Origin: Lama guanicoe | Taxonomy: Eukaryota | Direction: 5' to 3' | DNA length: 64,000 nt | Assembly (NCBI GenBank): GCA_013239625.1 | Contig: MU053933.1 | Coordinates: forward strand, 1,883,026 to 1,947,025 | Part shown: in pieces, positions 59,501 to 64,000 of the stretch | Position numbering within the stretch: the first letter of the stretch is position 1 | How the letters are laid out: each line of letters starts with the position of its first letter | Notes under the pieces: generated by a model | Seen by the model: the letters and a program-made list of their open reading frames with translations, nothing else | Databases searched by the model: none | What the model was told of the DNA's origin: nothing | Made by a program: the position numbers and the translations under genes

Positions 59501-60329
59501 CCTGGGGATGTGGGGTGGAGCAGAGCCGGGTACAGCAGCCCGTGAGCCATCACTGCGAGGCCGCCCGGGCCCCACGTGCCTGGGGTCGTCCCCTCGGCCT
59601 CGGCCAGGGCGTCGTAGGTGCCGTAGGCAGGTGTGCCTGAGGAGCAGAGCCGCGCTCGGAAACGGCAGGCCAGCTGGATTTCACCACCTCTCCTGCGGAA
59701 AGGGCCAAAGGGCAGGTGACCAGATGGTGAAGGGAGAACGCACCAGAAAGTCCCCAGAGAAACGCGTATGTGGTCACTTGACGTCGCGTGTTCACAGTCG
59801 TCTGTCCTGGACTTTTCCGTGTGAAGTACCCGATTGTCCCGTCCAGGATGGCTCACTGCGGTGGCGAAACAGGGAAAGCGAACACGCTGTCCTGTTGACG
59901 CTGTATCTGCCCACTTCATCCTGGTGCCAGCCCTGGGCGTGGATCCATGACTGGGGATTGAGCCCCCAGGCCCTGTACCCACGTTGGGTGGGCAGTTCCA
60001 GAACTGGGCTGGCCTTGGCCCTGCATGCTACCTGCCAGGTTCTTCCTGCTGCACCTCCGTAGGCGGCAGGCGCAGTGTCGGAAGCCCTGTCCCTTCTTGT
60101 TGGGCCTGGAAGTGCTCCGGTGAGAAGGGAGTGGGTGGGCTCTGGCGGGGGGGGCCGTGCTGTCTTTGGAGAGCTGCCACTGCTGCCTTGGTTGGGGCAA
60201 GGGGAGGCAGGTGCTCTCTGTGCTGTGTGCTGCAGCCCTGCCCAGGCCCAGGGCTGGTGTGCTCTGGAGTTGAGCACAAAGTCCCACAGTCCTGTTCTGA
60301 GGGGGGGTGGGGGTGGGCACACTGCACAT

Positions 60330-60497
60330 CTTTCTGACTGCAGAGTCTGTCAGCTGCACCAGCAACTGAGTGGGGTAAGCGTGGGCAACCCTGGGGGAGA
60401 CCCACCCAAACTGCAGGACCATGAGCAGTAAAAGGATAGTTGTTTTAAGCCACTAAGTTTTGGGGTGTTTGTTACACAGCAGGAGGTAACTGATACA
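60330..60497 (+). mobile_element. MaLR MLT1 LTR 3' end
   Basis: 'gttgttttaagccactaagttttggggtgtttgttacacagcaggaggtaactgataca' is the diagnostic MLT1 terminus. Confidence 0.8.
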
Positions 60498-61114
60498 CAG
60501 ACCCTGCCGGCTGGGCTAGAGGTCCATCCAGCAGGCTGCCCACACTTAACTCCCTGACATGAGGTCTGTGCCCTCCCCCCAGGCAGGGCTCTTGCTCACA
60601 TGGAGCCCGAGCCCCCAGCACAGGCCTGTGTCAGCGATGCTCTGAACCAGTGTTGGGGTGAGTGACTTCAACACCCTGGGACTTGCCCACCAGTCTGACC
60701 AGGCCACAGAGGTTAGGGTCTGGAACGGTCTCCCAGACCACCTGTACCTCCAGGTAGGTGGTCGAAGGGAAAGAAACCAGGTGGGTGGCTGGGTCACGGC
60801 CTGTCTGTTTTGGGGGTGCAGGAGAAGCCACTTTGGTGGCCTGTGACATTGGTTAACACCACACCTGCCCAGGTGGGACTTGCCCTGTCCTGCCCCAGGT
60901 GGCTGGCACCCCGGCTGCGCCACATGCATGCCCCCTCCCTGGCAGGCTTGGGCTCTGAGGGTCAGGAGGAGGGCCCACAGGGCAGAGGGCCCTGAGCCGG
61001 TTGCTGGTGACTCCACAGTGAGGTGGCCATGGGGGCTCACCGTGCGGGGGCTCACTGTGCTGGGGGTCACCCGCTGCGGCGTCAGACCAGGCTGCCTTCT
61101 CGTCTTTGTCAGGC

Positions 61115-61760
61115 CTTTTTTTTAACTTTTTTTAAAAGTTTCTTTCATTGTGGTAGAATATGCATAACATAGATTTGCCATTTTAACCATTTTTAAGTGC
61201 ATTCACACTGTTGAGCAACCATCACCGCTGTCCCATCTCCAGAACTTTTTCAAATCTTCCTAAACTGAAACTCTGTCCCATTAAACACTGGCTCCCCAGC
61301 CCCGGCCAGCCCCTCTCCCCGCCGTCCTGCCTTCAGTCTCTGCGTCTGACTCACCCGGGGACCTCAGGTGAGAGGACTCTGGCGGTGTATGTCCTCTTAG
61401 AACTGGCTTACCTCACCAGCACGACGTCCCCAGAGCTCATCGTGTTGTAGCAGGTGTCAGAATGCCCTCCTGAGGCTCACGTCCCCTCGCGAACGGGAAT
61501 GGCCTCCAGGTCGCGCATGCCTTTTGGCTTTGTGCCTCATGCTGCCTTGAACACCGGTGTGCAAGTGTCTGCGTTCAGCGCTTTGGGGTTTCTCCCCAGA
61601 CCTGGAGTTGCTAGGTCACGCAGTCATTCTGTTTCAGTTTTTGAGGAGCCACCATGCTGTTATCCACAGCGCCTGTGTTTTGCGTTCCCACCCGCCACAC
61701 ACACGAGTTCCAGTTTCCGCATGCGCTCACCTGACGCAGTTTTAGGTGGCCACCGTCCTG
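61115..61760 (-). mobile_element. L1MB-like 3' end, antisense
   Basis: 'tgtggtagaatatgcataacatagatttgccattttaaccatttttaagtg...caaccatcaccgctgtcccatctccagaactttt...aaactgaaactctgtcccattaaaca'. Confidence 0.85.
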
Positions 61761-62644
61761 TTGTGCACAAGCGTGCGAGGTGGCCGTGGGGCTCCCCCAG
61801 GAGCTGCTGTTGGCCTCAGGGGTCATTTCTCAGTGGTTTTGCTGTCCCTACCTGTGCACCATGCTGGACACCAAGTGACTGGGAGCCCCGGCTGTGATCC
61901 TGGGCGGACCTCGGGCTGCGTTGCTGTGGGGTCGCCTGTCCCCCAGGCTCCCCCAGGTGTGCACCTGGGCTGGGAGCCCCCACTGCCGAAGCCAGAGCTG
62001 TGCGGCCAGTGTGAAGGGAGTGGTGATTGGCTTCAGGCGACCACGTACGTGGTGAAAATCCGAAGCCATGGCCAGTCCAAGAGAGGAAAGGAGCTGTTTC
62101 GTGGGGAAGAAATGCCACGGTGCTCTGTGTGCTCGGAGTCCCCCGGGTGTAGGCAGGAGCTGCCAGGGCTGGGCGCCACAGGCTTCCCAGTGAGGCAGGC
62201 CCAGCTCCCTGATGCCCCTTGCAGGCAGCCACGGACTCTCCAGCCAGGTCTGGACCTGTGCTCCCAGCAGCCCCATGTGAGTCCCTGTGGAGCTGAGGTA
62301 GAGTGTTTTGGGTCCCAGGAGGGGGACAGATTCCCATCTGGTGACGGGGAAGACTTGTGGCAAGAGCTTGAGTGCTGGAAGGATCCAGACGCACTGTGAC
62401 TGACTGGTGTCCCCAGTCTGTGCTGACACGGTGGGCTGGGGGGAAGAGGACATGGCGGCTGGCGTTTCTGTACCATGAGAGCGTCTGCCCCGTGGCCACG
62501 GTCAGCACTGCCCCCCCACTGGTCCAACGGCAGTGTCTGGCCCAGTTCCTGATCCCTTCTGCTGCGTGAAATCAGGTGAATCATGTGACCACCAAGGCCA
62601 TGAAGAAACAGGTGACAACACCTGCTCGCCAGGACTTGGGCTAT

Positions 62645-62810
62645 GTACGTGCATGCGTGTGTGTGTGTGTGTGTGGTTGGGTGTATGTGTGTGTGTGAGT
62701 ATATGTGCTTGTGTATATAGATGTGTCCGTGCAGGTCTGTGTGTGTGTTGGTGCGCGTGTGTGCACGGGTGTGTATCACACACGTTATGGGTGTGTACGT
62801 GTGTGTGCCG
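62645..62810. repeat. Degenerate (TG)n / (CA)n microsatellite
   Basis: About 165 bp of interrupted TG dinucleotide repeat. Confidence 0.9.
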
Positions 62811-64000
62811 CACGTCGGGGAGGCGCCGGCCTGTAGGCCCTGCGTAAACGGTAGTGGTCTTTGCTTATCATTTTGCAGCATGAGTCACCTGCTCGGAAGA
62901 GCGCGGCAGCTATGGGAGAAGCGGCGGCCGCCCAGCCCTCTGAGCAGCTGAGCTTGGCTGCCAGGTGCAGCAGAACCTTGCGTGAGGAGGTGGGAATGGG
63001 GTGGGGTGTTGCTTCCCACCTTAGAAGGAAGCTTCCTTGTTGCTATGGCAACAGCAGCCCAGGACCCCTGCCCCCTCCCCTGCTTGCAAGTGCTTCCTTG
63101 GCTCCTGGGTGCCCTCGCTGTGCGGGTCCTGGATCCCCACCTCCCTGCTGGAGGGGAGGGGAACGTCGGGGCTGGATGTGTGAAACAGGGCCCCAGAGGT
63201 GTGCTGACCCCACCTGGGGTTGGGGCTGCTTTTAAAGGCAAGAATCATTGGCTTACTCCTGCCGTGGTGGAGCCTGGCCCAGCCCGGGGGTCCCCCGGCC
63301 CCTGACTTGTGGGCACAACTGCTCCACGTCCCCTGTGGCAGCCGAGGTTCCCTAGGTGCGGGGTGCCTAGCGAGGGATGCTTCCGTTTCAGGGGGTTTTC
63401 TGAGCAGTGTCTGCCGAGGAGAGGCTGGTGGACAAGGTGGAGACAAAGAACAGTCTGCTTGCCGTGTGGTCTGTGTGGTGTGGCCGAGGGCGGGAGCGGT
63501 CCGGGCGTCGGCACCCCGGCGATGAACCTGTGGCGGGTGGGAGGTGGCCCATGGGCCCCATCCACGGGCCCCTGCGCAGGGCATCCCTCCACTGTTCTGA
63601 GGGCAGGTGCGCGTGCACAGTGACAGCTATAAAATTCTCTAGGTGCCGTGCAAACACACTGGCCTCGTGGTCCTTAATTTCCCAGCAGGGACCTCGGAGC
63701 GGCCACTGAAACCCTTCAGTTGCGGGCAGGATCGCAAAGGGCCTGACCCCTCTGTGACTCACTGGTCAGTCTCGGGGTTCTCTGTGCATCTTCCTCCTCA
63801 TCCTTCAGGGCCCCGGGGCCCCCACTCCTCTCATCCTGTTCCCCCTAGTGTGCCCCCACGTGCCAGGCACTGTCCGTATCTCCTCTCTGAATGTCACTCA
63901 GACTCCTGGAGCAGGCGCGTGTGCTCCCTCGGGCCACTGGAACACGTTACCAGAGGGTGGGCGTCTGGGGCCAGGGTGTGGACGGGGCTGGTTCCTCCTG

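Noticed and set aside
59500-64000. ORFs of 150-280 aa and a TATAAAA motif (~63628) downstream of GATD3
   Set aside because: No recognisable protein similarity or coherent exon chain. Several overlap L1 or microsatellite sequence.
1-64000. CRISPR arrays, operons, prokaryotic defence systems, rRNA, snoRNA or miRNA genes
   Set aside because: This is mammalian intron-rich DNA. I saw no repeat-spacer array and no RNA gene I can support by eye. An Rfam/Infernal scan would be needed to exclude small intronic RNAs.

Overview
Mammalian genomic DNA, probably camelid (it carries a Vic-1-like tRNA-derived SINE), from a GC-rich region syntenic with human 21q22.3. It holds three + strand multi-exon genes: the last 13 coding exons and long 3'UTR of TRAPPC10, the complete 21-exon PWP2 (919 aa as spliced here), and the complete 7-exon GATD3 (ES1/C21orf33 homolog, 274 aa). 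Two introns are minor-spliceosome (U12) type: a GT-AG intron in TRAPPC10 and an AT-AC intron in GATD3. Almost the whole ~7.5 kb between the PWP2 poly(A) signal and the GATD3 promoter is a decayed ERV1 provirus (LTR, PBS, gag, integrase and env remnants, LTR) with an L1 and a second LTR nested in env. Other repeats are L1, L2, MIR, MLT and Charlie fragments. Most ORFs in the supplied track are spurious GC-rich ORFs. I found no convincing wholly novel biological system. The best leads are regulatory or evolutionary: the U12 introns, the ERV next to the GATD3 promoter, a duplicated NRF1/GC-box module, an overlapping uORF in PWP2, clustered Pumilio sites, and apparent GC drift of old repeats. Gene and repeat identities come from recalled sequences, not from searches.
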